Below, piece by piece: positions 50,701 through 64,000 of a DNA stretch of 64,000 nt. The DNA is from Bugula neritina (taxonomy: Eukaryota; Animalia; Bryozoa). The position numbers and the translations under genes are program-made. Below the pieces are notes generated by a model. The model saw only the letters and a program-made list of their open reading frames with translations. It was not told where the DNA came from and made no database searches. The stretch is from positions 9,000,698-9,064,697 of the forward strand of contig OZ037765.1 in assembly GCA_964035545.1 (NCBI GenBank), read 5' to 3'. How positions within the stretch are numbered: position 1 is the first letter of the stretch; the number at the start of each line of letters is the position of its first letter.

Positions 50701-51405
50701 ACTAAAACTGGTTATTTTTAAATGGAGTTTGGGTTGATGAATGACATTACAATAAAAGCACAACTAATTATTAGTATGTTATAGTGGATATTCTAGTATT
50801 ACCCAGAAAGGTTATTAGTCATTGGTGTCTCATTGATTCTAGCAATCGGCATAATACTTAGTATTGCATTTGTCTATTCCAACCATATACCACTTTAACC
50901 CCATTATGATGGGTGTAGAATGTAAAAAAAATAAGTACAAAAAATTTTCGAGCAGCAGTTTTTATTACTAAAGGTTTTAGTGATTGTATAAATGTTGCTG
51001 TTATATATATCATAAATTGTTTGAAGGTACAGTATCAAGTGGTTGCTAAAAGATCAAAGACATTTAAAGAAGTGGCTCCATTCAGCTACTCTGTTGAATC
51101 AAAATACAGAGTAAGTACATTGAAATCTCTTTATCTGAATTAATTAACAGTTGTAGTAGGTTGATTATGGATATATATACACACATATTCATACACTATA
51201 TGATTTATTTGGCTAAATTTAGGTGATCTTCGACAAGCAAACATCTGCAATTTACTTCAATTTAGAAACATATTTCTTATATTTATAGAGCCGACAGTCA
51301 AGAGTGAGAAGTGTCAGCTCAGATAGAACTACCTGCACAATGTTGACAACCAAGACAGAGTCAAAAGCTAGCACTAAGCACAAAACTACGAACCGAAGTT
51401 CCTAA
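47748..51405 (+). CDS. Tau/MAP2/MAP4-family microtubule-associated protein (ends approximate)
   Basis: Tubulin-binding repeats VKSKVNSITNHKPGGGNK, AKSKVGSLENLCHKPQGGNLK and ARIGSLENIHHKPGGGEKQ (49423-50018), after a Ser/Thr-rich projection exon 47748-about 48436. Confidence 0.82.
50234..50305 (-). pseudogene. Degenerate tRNA-like sequence (tRNA-derived SINE head or tRNA-Ala pseudogene)
   Basis: GCCCCTGCGGTGTAGTTGGTTAGCATGCCTGCTTGCAAGCCGGAGGTCTGTGGTTTGGGTCCCAATGGGGCA has an A-box, a decayed B-box, GCCCC/GGGGC ends and mismatched stems. Confidence 0.55.
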
Positions 51406-52055
51406 CTGTTTCTTTAAATTTTATTAATTTACTTAGTATTCAAATATAACTAATATATGCATAAGGAAAATTTATACACGACAGTAATGCATAATGCAAA
51501 AATTGAAATAATAATGTATAACTAGAGATAAGACAGTAGGACTGCACAAAGCACCAGATAATTTTTCTACATACAATAAATAACACGTTGTAATATCATT
51601 TAAGAGAATTGGGAGGGGTTAATAATATTTAAACAAATATGGTGAATATAATAACAAAATGAAATTGGTTAATAGTATTCACCTGAGAATATTGACAAAA
51701 AGCTTGTTACGCATTATAATCAGGTATAGGAGTTGTTTGCTCCAAATTATATATTGTAACATGCATGCTTATTTTCACACTGTCAAGAATTATTTTGCAA
51801 AAATTTTTATATTATAATGTGGCTAACACTGTACTGTTGCAAGGCTATAAAATATCCAGTACATAAAAAGTAATTCTATTGTATATAAAATCTGAGCGCA
51901 ACATTATTTTAACCAACCTGTTAGGGGCAATATAAATTACAAGAATTAATCTCTGATTATATTATATGCTTATATAAGTTCAAAAATACAAATATAAAGA
52001 GTGCTATAAAAATAAGAAAAATCATTAGGCTTGTGCAACTTATAAATTCGTCAGT

Positions 52056-55000
52056 TTATTTCACAACCCAGGGCTTGGCTTTCACTCGGTAAAATTTTGT
52101 ATTTATTGGGACGTTGAATCGATTGTTCACCTACAACACGCCAAATTAAATATTAGAATAGCACTTCAAGCATCGGCTAGATTGATATATTAGTATGAGT
52201 ATGTTATGATATTAACTGTCATTCCTTAAAGCTAAATTTTGCTAAAATTTCTCTACAATCAAATTTTTACTTAGAAAAAGTGCAACAACAATCACTCCAG
52301 TACCAAGGGACTATCTGAATGTAGAGAAACACACTAATCCAAACTGAAAGGATTGGAATCAGAACTAGTCTCATTCACAATGCTATTCTAAGAGCAACAT
52401 CTAGCAATAATCACTCATCAGAAAAACTTTTGTTTGATTCAAAGCCACATGAGCTCTACAGTCTTTGTTTTAACAAAATTTAGTGAAACATATCTCACTC
52501 GGCAGATACTTTTCGATAAACAAATTTATTTTAGTGACTTATCAACATTTCTGTCAGCCATTTTTAATTGCCATACTGTATGACAGTAAAATGCCAATTG
52601 ACACATCAAAGAAGGCCAAGAAGTGATCAGCCAACAGGTGAAATGCAAGGCAGTACTGGCAACTGGAACTTCTTATGAAAACAGTGGGACAAACTGACTT
52701 TAGTGAAGTAATAACTAAAATCGCCACAGATAAATCGAACCAAGTATTAACCTTCTTTAATAATAATCGATACACGTTTGGATCCACAAATATATGTTAA
52801 TCAAATAGCAATCACCTTTCTAGCCAAGCAGTACTCCTTCTCCAGGATCTCTGCTAAGATCCAGGGTCTACTCTGGGCCGGCTCGTCAATACCCAGCTCC
52901 TTGGTCGAGTCTGAATGTACAAAGTGAAGTGGAGTCCCGAAACAAAACACAATATAGTGCTTGTATTTTGGATCATAGAAGATGATGACCTTATCCCCTG
53001 GATTACAGCTACAAGTATATGTAATTGGTTTACAGAACAATTGTTATTATAGACCCCTGTATTCAGTACTATTCCTTAGCATTTCAATTATGCTAATGAA
53101 TAGTACTGAATACCTGGATCGTATTAAAGGTGGAAAACTGAAACAGGGCAATAAATAACTGATAAGACAGCAAGCCTAGCATTGTCTACTTCTTTTCAAA
53201 CTTCTACATTATACAATTCTGTTCTGCACAATTTTCAATTTCAATTCAGATTATATAATTTAATTGAATAAACTTAGCAAGTCTTAGTTTAACTCCTAAG
53301 AAACTAACAATTATCATTAGCAGTTGTGTTCCATTCCCACTATAGCTACATCTTAGCCATAACCCTCTTCCAACTGTTCACAGATTGGCCAACAGCTAGT
53401 AAGAATCTAATATCCAAACCAAGTCATACTTGTGAAAAACAGCTGAATTTACTAGCATAATTAGTCATCCCAAGTTTTGTGTGGGGAAGGTAACCTAAGT
53501 AGAAGGTTGGTTTCACAGCACCATAGTCTATCATGCAATTTACCACATCACATCATACAATTTTCATAGTTTAAAGAAATTCTGCTACAATGTTTAATTA
53601 TTATTCATGGCAACTTAATGCTATTGCAAACCCAGCAAAAGTCAGAAGCACAAACAAAAGATAACTACAATACAAAAGACAATACCAAATAGCCCTCCTA
53701 CCTTTTCACACTAACTTTTTCACTCTGAAGCTCAGCTTGGATACTAGCCGACATTTCAAACTCGGATATCTGTGAATGAACAAACAGTATGGCATATTTA
53801 TCAGATTCTATCATATTCTTACAAACTTATTATTAATACTACTCAATACTATATAAACTTTGTTATATTGCAAAGCTACAATAAAAATTAACAATAAAAA
53901 TACAGTTGTGACCACAAATATAAACGGCTTAACGATTAAATTGAACACTTTCCAATAATATGTACAAATTACAATCATTTAGTTTAACAAAACCAACAAC
54001 CCAAATAACAAATTACAGTGAATATTTTTAGGTATGTTTTAAGCTATTTTTACACCACCCTGGAGTCTGTAAAAATTGAGTTGGTATTTGATTCAATCAT
54101 TTGAAATCCACTAAATATTTTAATTCTTTAAAGTTCAGTTGTTGTAGAACCTTTAGAAACTCGTCAATATTTGTAAAATTTGTTTCAAAATAATACAACA
54201 GAGCATAATATTTCAGAAGCCACAGTCTTTAAAATAATGCCAAATACAATTTAACAACAACCTCAATTATTAATCATGTTGATATTTTATTATTACTGTA
54301 TTAAATAAGGTGTTTTAGAAACAACTGCAAAATGTTATTCTTTTAAATTACTACATCATTTAGTTTATCATTCATTAGTACAGCATCTATATCAAATATT
54401 TTACTAGGCAACCTCCTATCAGACCTGCTGAGGTGTGAAGACAGCTTTTTCTTGTAAATGGGTTATTAGAAATTTCTGTGGCCTAAAGTAATAAAAAAGT
54501 GACATATGTAACCCAGAATATCTACAATTTACTCACTTTAGATTTCAATTCCAGTATTGTGTCACTTTTCTCTTGAAGCTGTAGCTCTAGCTCACTCTGA
54601 TCTATATTTACTGGCACTACAGAGACATTCATGCTAGTCTCTGCGGCAGTTGTAGTCTGTGACATGGTGACATCGGCATCACCTGCACCATCGGCAGCGC
54701 TAGACGGTTCGGTGGTGGACATTGATATTTGACTGGTAGCTGGCAGCGGTGCAGCATCAGAACTAGGAGCATCAGACGAGCTGGCAGATGAAACAACCAT
54801 AGGCACCTCCATGGCTGAAGCAGTTAACGAAGTAGAAGGAGAATGGCCGGGCAGCTGCTTCTTCAACTCAGCAATAATCAAATCTTTTTCTTTTCTTAGA
54901 TTTGATATCTTTTTTTGTAACTTCATCTACAATTTTTTTCAAGCTTATTATCACAGCGTTTAGTAAAACTCTCAATATCATTAATAATTATGGCTAAGAA

Positions 55001-58000
55001 AAATTATTTCAATTATCAGCCATGATCATAACATACCTCGTTGGCAAGCTGCAGGCTGTCTCGCATGGTAGAAGCTCTGTATTCAATTTCCTGCTCATGG
55101 CTTTCATGCAGCTGCTTTATTTGGTTCACAAACTTCTGCTCCTGCGCAATCATTTCTCCCTCAAACTTCTCTTGCAAGTGTCTGGCTTGCTCAGTTAAGG
55201 CTTTCTCTCTGTCAGCATTGCAGTCAGCATAAACTTTCTCCAACTCTTCTTGCATGTAGTTCTCCTCTGTATTAGTATGTCCATCAACTGTAGGCCGAGT
55301 CATAGCCTGCAGATACACAAGGTTCTAGTCATCTCAGTGTATTTCTACACCAACAAACAGTACACAGTTTATGCACCAACCACTACTTTGCCAGCACATA
55401 AGAAAAGACCTCACATAAATGTGGTTTAAAACCTGAAGTAGCTTACAACTTGAAGAGTGCAGTCATGTAAACACGTTGACAACAACGATGTCAACATATT
55501 AGAAGAAAAAACTAACTACCTGAATTTGTTGATTGTATGATGTTGTCAATTCCAGCTTTTGGTCATCCAGAGCTTTCTGCATATTGATCTTCTCCTGGCA
55601 TCTAAGTTGCTCAATTTCTTGTTTGTGCACGAGTTTGAGCTCAGCTATTGAACTGTCCAGCTTTTGAATAAACTCAGTGTTCAACGCCTCAATATGCTGC
55701 TCAGCCTTGGCCAACTCAGCTGCCTTCTGCTGATTGAGAGTATTTATCTGCATCTGGAGATTTTCTCTCTCCGTATCTTTGTCTGCCAGTTTTTGACTCA
55801 GGAGTTTCAAATCAAGAGTCATGTTACTACGAATCTGGTCCAACTCCAACTCATGCTCCAAGCAGAGACGCTTAGAAAGCTGTAGTTCCGCTTCGCTCAC
55901 AGCTTTCACAGTTTCGTGATCTTTAGCGTCAGCCAACTCCCGTAACTGTGCCAGTAGCACCTTGTTATCTTCTCTCACCATCTGGCAACTGGCTTCCAAT
56001 TCAGCATTTTTTGAGTCTTGCTGTTTCTGTTTCTCGAGTAACTCTACAGAACTGCCTTGTATTGAGTCAAACATCTCTCTCTGAAATGTATCCATATCCT
56101 TTGCATAAACATTCAAATCTTGCCGAGCAAGATTGCTCGATTCCCTCAAACTGTTGAGATCGCGGAGGCACAGGCTTCGAAGGCGACGCATACAATCTGA
56201 CAATTTTTCACACTTGGCCTTCAGCATGCTGTACTTCTGTTTATAAGTAGAATTTTCAGATGCGAGTTTTTCTATTTCGCTGTTCTGTTTAGTGATTGTC
56301 TCAGCCATTTCATCATTTGATTCTGAAGCCACATTATCATAGCTTTGGTAGAAATTGGCTGTCAGGAAGCCACCCGAGCCCTCGTCATTCAGAGAAAGTG
56401 AAGCTAAAAAGGAACAGAACAGTGAGCAGATTATGTTGCTTCACCCTACTAGAGGAATGCATTTTTCTCTACACAAAAACCAGGGAATTAATTTTTTTAT
56501 ATAATACAGGTTGGCATGCAGCTCATCATAAACTAAACTGCAGAATGTCTGCCAGGGTTCATACTTGTTATAGAAACTAGTGAAAGGTGTCTTCAAAGCT
56601 TATAATAGAATGCTAATTAACACAATAATTTAATGGATTTTACCAGCCCATGCTGCTTCTCTGCATACAACCAAATATATTTAATACAATGCCTTTCAAA
56701 ATTTAGTTCAAGGAGGAAAAATCACTGGAAACAGTGAGTGAATATTATATTATAGTCATCCCCGCAGCAATTAGATTCAGGCCACACCAGAATAGTTTTC
56801 AGATAAAATAACACATATAGAATATTTCCCACAATATTTACACGTCTTCAGCCAACTGGCACATTTTTGCATCGCCATAAAAAAAAATCTGGAGAAATCT
56901 TACTTAGCGCAGAAATATATTACCAAAGATAATTATAATATGTTTTTCCTATTATATATTATATTATACATTAAATTTATTTTCCTGGTATAAATATCTT
57001 CTGCACTTGATATATGTGGCAAATTTCAAGTGTTCAAGTTACACAAACAAGGAAAATACTTGGCAAAAGAAGACTTCAGTATGTATAAGTTTGACTACTT
57101 AATAACTTTACTCGTAAATAGTAAGCATAGTATTAGTTATATTACTTGGTGCCTTTTCCTCATCTGAGAGATCCTCATTAGACATTTGCTCAAACTTTGC
57201 CATCATGTGCACAGAGTCAGCATCTGCTGCCAGCACAGACATTCGAAGTTGCTCTGGTACTGCTGACTCTTCGTCCAGTGCAACACTCGGCTTCTGATAG
57301 GACTCTGTGTGCATTGGCACAGCGAGCACTGAAGGACTGGCCATTGTGTCAGCCATGGAGGAGGATGCTAGGGTACAGAATAGTGTTCAATATAATTCCC
57401 ATATCAAATGATAAAGCTTATATTCAGTCATTTATAAATGCCACTAAACTTGTGAAATGTAATGTGTTAATTATTGTGGCGAGAAAAATAATTCCAGCTA
57501 TCAGCAAGATAAAAGTAATAAAACTCAAATGTAACCCAACAGCATAGGATAACTTCTATAGTTGACACTTTTACACACTTTGAATAAAATTAAAAGCAGA
57601 TATGTTAAAGCTACCTCCAATGGCGCTGCTGTTGCTGCTGTGGTTAGTCCTGGGAGAGATCACAGTGATGTCTGACGAGGTAACGGTGGCAGGAGGGGAG
57701 CAGGGAGACGTCTGAACTCTTGGTGAAGAGTGAGGGAGATTTATATACAACTCAGAGTCTCTGTTACTGGCTTTACTACAGAATTACACAAGAACCAGAA
57801 TAGTGAATATCTAACTAAATAAACTTCAACCACTGACAGTAAATTTTATATATTGTGGTGTACATTGTAGCATACAAGTACATACATACTAGTAATGTCA
57901 AACAACAATAATGATAAGAAGTTGATGGTAGTGGCTAGAAAACTGCCTACTTGGGTTTCCAATTACACCCAGTACACAATATACCACTAGGTGGAGGAGA

Positions 58001-61000
58001 TGATAAAGAAATGAAAAACTTCTCTAAAATCTAAACCCTGGGTCAGATATTGTGTAAATTGACTGAGTTTTGTGGTGCATCAAAAAGCATTTATAGGCCA
58101 ACATACAGAGCACTGCAGTATTGTACAAATAATCAATTGCCTCGGGGCTCCATTGAACCTGTATTAGTCCTAAATTTCAACTAAACACCATTAAGTAGCT
58201 TTTCTAAAATTGTACGCAACTGTATAAAACAGATTTTGGATGAGCATTTTGTTTAAAAAACATAACAGACAAAATCATCAATACCTTTTATTAGCTTTTT
58301 AAAAAACTGCTTATTGTTAAAAAAAATATATTTTAGCCCACTTACACATCAACTTTGTGTACAAGTATTAACTCCTTTTAACCAATATAATACTAGAGAC
58401 TGTCTTTAATTTCTGCAACTGAAATTTACAAGCTCAAATTTGTGTGTCCAAAAAATAGCTCTCCATTTTGCCATTTATATTTTTCTTCTAACAGTTTTAT
58501 TGTATTTTAAATTACCCATAATTATATTCTATGACTTCATACCTCAATAAGTCGGCCATTTCAGGCAATAATTCTCGGAGAAGGACTATTTCTTTCTCAC
58601 TAATAAATGGCAAGTCGTCCGATTTAATAGGGGGAGATGACTACAAAAAATACAACAACCAGTAAAAGCTAGCCATAAACTAAGTTTATACTATATCTTT
58701 AAGGAATAGAGAAACAAAAGTCTTTCACCGCCCATCATCTTCTAGACCATAATTATTGTGAAGTATATGCGATCAGAGTAGCCTCATCAACATAGTAATG
58801 ACTTTATTTTGTAATATTTCAAACATATAATAATACATTTCTTATAAGTAAACAACATGATTTATAAAACTATTGTAATATTTCAAACCAAAATAACAAA
58901 TAAATGTGGGATTTAATTTACATGCCATTTTTTCATAGAATAATAAGTGATTCTTTAAAGCGATTACCATTATTGTAGGTGGAACTTTATCCAATCCCGG
59001 AAAAAATTCTCTGATGAAATTTTTACCTAAAATAAAGAAAAACATACTATAAATGTGCAAGTCGGTTTCAACATCAAATAAGTTCTAAAGTTCAATAAAA
59101 CCCGATACGAAATATGAATTGCCATATGATTACTCACCAATTGACAATAAAACATCCTTTCTGGTCTTTACTTCTTTCTCGTACAACTCTGCTGACTTAT
59201 CGTGCACTTGATGATGCCACTAGTAATCAAGAAACATGATTAATATTCAATATATAATCATAACAGAGTTATAACCAAGCTACTACATAAAAAATTGATA
59301 TTTGATTCGGTCACTGAGTATGAGACCTATGGAGTGACTACTAACCCTACAAACAGCTTGCATGGATGAATTAGTTTTTATGTTTCACAAAGTAATTTAC
59401 TGTAAATAATAAACTAAACAAAAATAATTAAACTAAAATAGCAATGAGTAGTCAAATTTGTTAATAAAACTGGAACCTTAAAATTTTACTGCAAATATCA
59501 ACATTATAATTATATCTAAAACAGCTGAGATGGTAGTTGATTATATTTGATATCCAATAGCATTTCAAAGAATCTTCACTATCTCATTTAAAAAAAATAT
59601 GATGCATATCAGCAAAGGTTTTATGGAAAGAAAATACTAGAGTTTAAATTAGAGTATTAGGAAGTGCCCCACACATCACATCTAAAGTATTAGTTCTTTT
59701 TTCATATTTACAGTTGATTAAATAATTTGCGATTTTTAAAGAAATTATGTCAAATAATCATCTGCCTTGAAGCCAATCCTATAGTTCTATACATAAATAT
59801 ATTGCTCAAGGCTTCAGGGGGGTGGGGAGGAGGGTGACTCAAAGGGGTTAGTAAGGTCACTTACACTTTCATACACAGAGTTGAACTGGCGTCTTCTATA
59901 GACCTCAGCACAAAGCTGTACATAAACTGCAGGGGCATTTGAGATCTGCTCTAGCCTGTCTAGTCTTTCTTTCAAATTTTTGCAGCTAAAGGACTGCATG
60001 TATATTTTGTCATCTAATGTGGACATGGATCTTTGTACATACATTATCCACCTAAAACAGTTGCATTGACATTTGCTTAAACGTAGAATTCAGATTCTAA
60101 TAAATGACTAATTGAAAATGGCTCATAAACCCACTTTAATAAACATCATTATCAATGAAATTATATTTAAATAATGGCCAACATGTTAAACACTATCTTG
60201 GAAATAGAGTAAGACTCTAACTTTTTGTACAATATGAATTGCATTATAACTTGATGATAAACTTGGCATTGAAATATCAACAAAATTAGCAAAATAATGA
60301 ATATTTAATAGTCCCTTGATATATACAGCTACTAAACATTAAAATTAAACATTGAAACTAAGCATTGAAATTAAATTGACGGAAAGGAAATGCTGCTGTT
60401 GTGCACCTGAGTCGAGAGTGAAGATTGGCGCTGAGTTCCCGTTTAGTCTCTTGACACTTGACTACAATGCTGCAGAGATCCTCAAACTCACTCTCCATGA
60501 TGCGCAGCTGCTCTCTGTGACTGATGGAGAGGTCAGGCAGGATGTGGGGGTCGGCCAGCTCCTCACATCTCTTCCTGTTGTTTCTGAAACTCTACAGAAG
60601 TCAGTCAAAGATAATATCATCTATTCACAGTAATGGTCTTTATTAGTGTCGATAATTATTTTGTAGGATATTTTAAACTGTAAAATAATTGGTTGGTTGA
60701 GTTGAGCACTTTAAAATTTCTTTGAAAGTTTTAAAAAAATTAGTAAAGAAAGCTAATTATTACTTGATTACTTCTGAAACTTTATAAAACTCAGCCTAAT
60801 CAACATAACATAATAATATTACCAATAATGACCTTCACTAGTGCTAGAATTATTTTGTAAAGTAATTGGCTGGTTGAGTTGAACAAATTGGAATATTTTT
60901 GATACTTTTTAATTTGAAACAATTTGCAAGGGAAGCTAATTGTTATACCTCTGCATATTCTAATAGAGATTTGACACGCATTTCAGCATTCATCTTCAGT

Positions 61001-61849
61001 TGCTCCAGACTATACAGACGTTTCTCCAATCCCTTTATCACTTTCATATCTTCCTTACTGGCATCTTCCTTAATCTTCTGCTTTTCTTCAATTACTCCCT
61101 CTACCACCTCTTCACTCATCTACAATCATATCACCTATAAACTATAAGGATAATAACCTATACAATCATTATAATTATATACTACAGGTAAACACAGCAA
61201 TCCCAGAATAATGTATAAGTCAAGTATAATAAAATAGCAAGCACCAGAAATTAATGACTAACAAATTACTTTAATATTGAAATGAGCTGAAAAAATCTTT
61301 TAAACATCTACCTGGAAGTGACAGATTTAAGTCAAAAAGTCTGAATATCATAATGACAACAGCATGGTCTACAGAAAGAATCGACTTGAGAAGCATACAA
61401 TAGGTACTTAAAAGGAGAAGAAAACTCCAAAGAAAAAATTTTTGCCAAAACTAATCAATTTATTTCTTTATACCTGCAGGATTTGAGCATTTCCAAAGAG
61501 GGCTCTATCAACACTAATTATTAGGTATTTTTTAAACCAAGGGGCATAACTTCAATTTCAGAAATAAATCAATACTAGAACTGTAGAAGTTGTTTCTAAA
61601 ACTGCACAACTGAACTAAGCTGTAAGTCTAGAGTAAAGATAAAGGCGAAGCCAAAACCAATGTGAAAACAAGGTAAACCAAGTGACCTGAGTGAGCGCTG
61701 CCTTGGCTGACTCAGCTTCTGCCAGCAAATCGTGTGTCTCATCCAGCGTGGTGCAATACTGAAGTAAAGTATCTGAACTCCCGGAAAAGAGAGTTTTTAG
61801 TGATGAGAGGATTGGTATGCGGGCCAACAAATCACACGTGTCAGGAAAT
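52056..61849 (-). CDS. RB1CC1: RB1-inducible coiled-coil protein 1 (FIP200/Atg11), partial; 5' exons lie further right or beyond the window
   Basis: C-terminal claw domain FVHSDS..PWILAEILEKEYCLARK|VNNRFNVPINTKFYRVKAKPW, long coiled-coil exons (55036-56385), APAVYVQLCAEVYRRRQF and LLARIPILSSL. Confidence 0.93.
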
Positions 61850-64000
61850 CTACAATATATAAAAGTTGTAAACTTGTTCAGTGAGTATTATTTCTCTTTT
61901 TCTTATAACTTCTCCTTGAAACTATCATAAAAACAGGAACACCTATTTGCATTGCAGAACCAATATTAGCATTTTACTGGTGTACTTCTGAGATACTAAT
62001 CTCAAAACTAGTGAAAAGGTTGACTATAAAAAAATAAAGCTGACATATACTTTATTGGCCTGGAGCTAATTCATACAGTTTAACTTCTGATACAATGAAT
62101 GATGTATACAGCAGAGCAATTTTGTTTTTGGAAATATCAAAGCATGGAGAAAAATTTAACCAAAAATCTTTAATTTAGTGACTATACTCTTTTCAATACT
62201 AGAGTATTACTTGTATATTAATCTGCATTCGAGCCTATTTCAAACTTTTAATTATATTTGCAATCGGCAGGTCATCCAACATTCAAATATCTCATCCAAT
62301 CATAGCTTTCATTTTATTAGTTGCACTTCCCTTTATTATATTACAAATAGAGAAATATTTGCAACTTCATATTAAATAGACCTGGGGTCTTCTGTAATTT
62401 AGCCACATTATATATCATTACTCTGTAGTTTATGAAATGCACATTTTATTTACACCTCTTTACTATTGATTATTAAACTAACACTAACTCACCCATCAGT
62501 TGGAGCTATAAAATCTAAAAACATTGATAAAGGAGGAGACACTGAATTACACTACACGCCTGCCTGCGGCCAACTTGGTTTATAGCCATCAATTTATGAG
62601 ATAGGTGCAGTAATGGAAAAATTGGAAAAAGTAATAAAGAACGTTAAAGAACTTGGGCTATTAAAATTTCTCTGCTGCTGCACATAGAGAAAATGCATAC
62701 TGCAGGTGTAAGATTAGTTACGAGATACCAGATGACCTATGGTAATGACAAGTAAAGCACAAGAACTGTGGCAACAACTCTTGCAAAGTGCATTCACCAT
62801 CTGAGTACTACAGTTCATATACTGCTACTATAAAATTATCCACCGAGGTTTACTCATTAGTTGCTTAATGCACCTTAATCATAGTGAAAAATGCAACTCA
62901 ACAGGCGGAGGTGAATATCTAACTGAAGGATTCATGCAGCATGATTTAATTTTAATTTTACTACTTTTTTTAACAAAATTTATGTTACAATTTCAAATCA
63001 ATTGCTTCTGATTGGAGTGATGATGTATCAAAAAGCAGAATGTCTATATTATATAGTATCTGTGGAAGTTACTTTGCTTTATAATAAAATTTACAATAAC
63101 ACCAACTTATAAATATAGAATCCAACATAGTAAAAGTAAGGCGTATGTCAAAAATAGATATTTTATTATTTTATGATCTTATGCTATGCAAATACAGAAT
63201 TGGTGTGAAATGTATTACACTTTGCATGCCTGGATATATACAATACAACGTAAGGAAGACATGGTATCTAGTAGCATCTGCATTGGGCATCACTGAATAA
63301 TATGATTACAAACTTGCTCATCAGTACAGCAATTTCTTGAATATAATAAAAATATGTTATAAGTTAATGAAATAAGTTGTTTAGTTGCTGCATCAATAAT
63401 TATTCAGTTTTAACTTTGTTGTTATCTAGTATCTAAAAATAGCGCAGCTAGTCTTCAAATTCCCATCCTGGACTTGTTCCTTGCATTTAGAAATGTCTTA
63501 ATTTAGAAACAGAACATGCAGGGCTGCATGCTGGTTGTCTAGTGACTTTATTCTTACCACAAAACAACCTGGCAAGCTGTCTATATGTAATATGTTAAAA
63601 TATTTCCGCTGTATTGGTCATCTCATAAGCTTGTGCACCCTTATAGTGTTTAGGTAAGAAAGCCAGATATTTTCTAACACTCCCTGCCTTAAACTGTTAA
63701 GCTAAAAGCCTGAGGGTTGGACTAAACGAGTGAATGACTCCATTTCATTATAACTAATGCTTCTACAGATTTGTCATAAGTACCAAGTAAGCACAGCAGA
63801 CCTATTCTCTAAATTATTCATACTGGCACCAATACTAACCGAAGCTTGTCTTTGTTCACATGTTCACTAGCACTATCTAAATTCACACTATCTACTTATA
63901 TTTTATGACCACAGGTTTTGGCTATCTATGCCTTTGTAGACAATACTGAATTTAAATGTGCACTATGAAATCACTCTATAAAAAGGGAATAAACTTGTCT

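Noticed and set aside
60650-60950. Degenerate duplication of about 190 bp in an RB1CC1 intron
   Set aside because: Short, diverged and non-coding; an ordinary local duplication.
63430-63590. Segment translating to NQHAALHVLFLN on the - strand, reminiscent of an RB1CC1 N-terminal exon
   Set aside because: An in-frame stop follows immediately and the splice sites are unclear, so it was not included in the gene model.

Overview
AT-rich, intron-containing animal (invertebrate-like) genomic DNA with compactly packed genes. In order: a cytochrome-b5-fused desaturase (- strand, runs off the left edge), CDT1 (+), a kelch-repeat protein (+), AARSD1 (-), MBD5/6-like (+), SNRPF (-), MED20 (+), a tau/MAP2/MAP4-family protein (+) and the 3' part of RB1CC1/FIP200 (-). 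Six of these genes form three head-to-head pairs. The most striking object is a very young 3,579-bp LTR element inserted antisense in an AARSD1 intron (213-bp LTRs with one mismatch, 5-bp TSD, tRNA-Ser-type PBS, PPT). It has no pol. It keeps an intact gag ending in UGA-CUA, followed in frame by an integrase-tail-like peptide. It also carries a second intact triple-zinc-knuckle/coiled-coil ORF and a dense antisense array of 5' splice-site motifs. A second unexplained signal is a drifting period-6 sequence lattice seen only next to the three bidirectional promoters. The window also has a self-nested TA-targeting DNA transposon, several MITE/fold-back palindromes and a U12-type intron in CDT1. 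Exon boundaries were read by eye and some are approximate; the organism cannot be named from the sequence.
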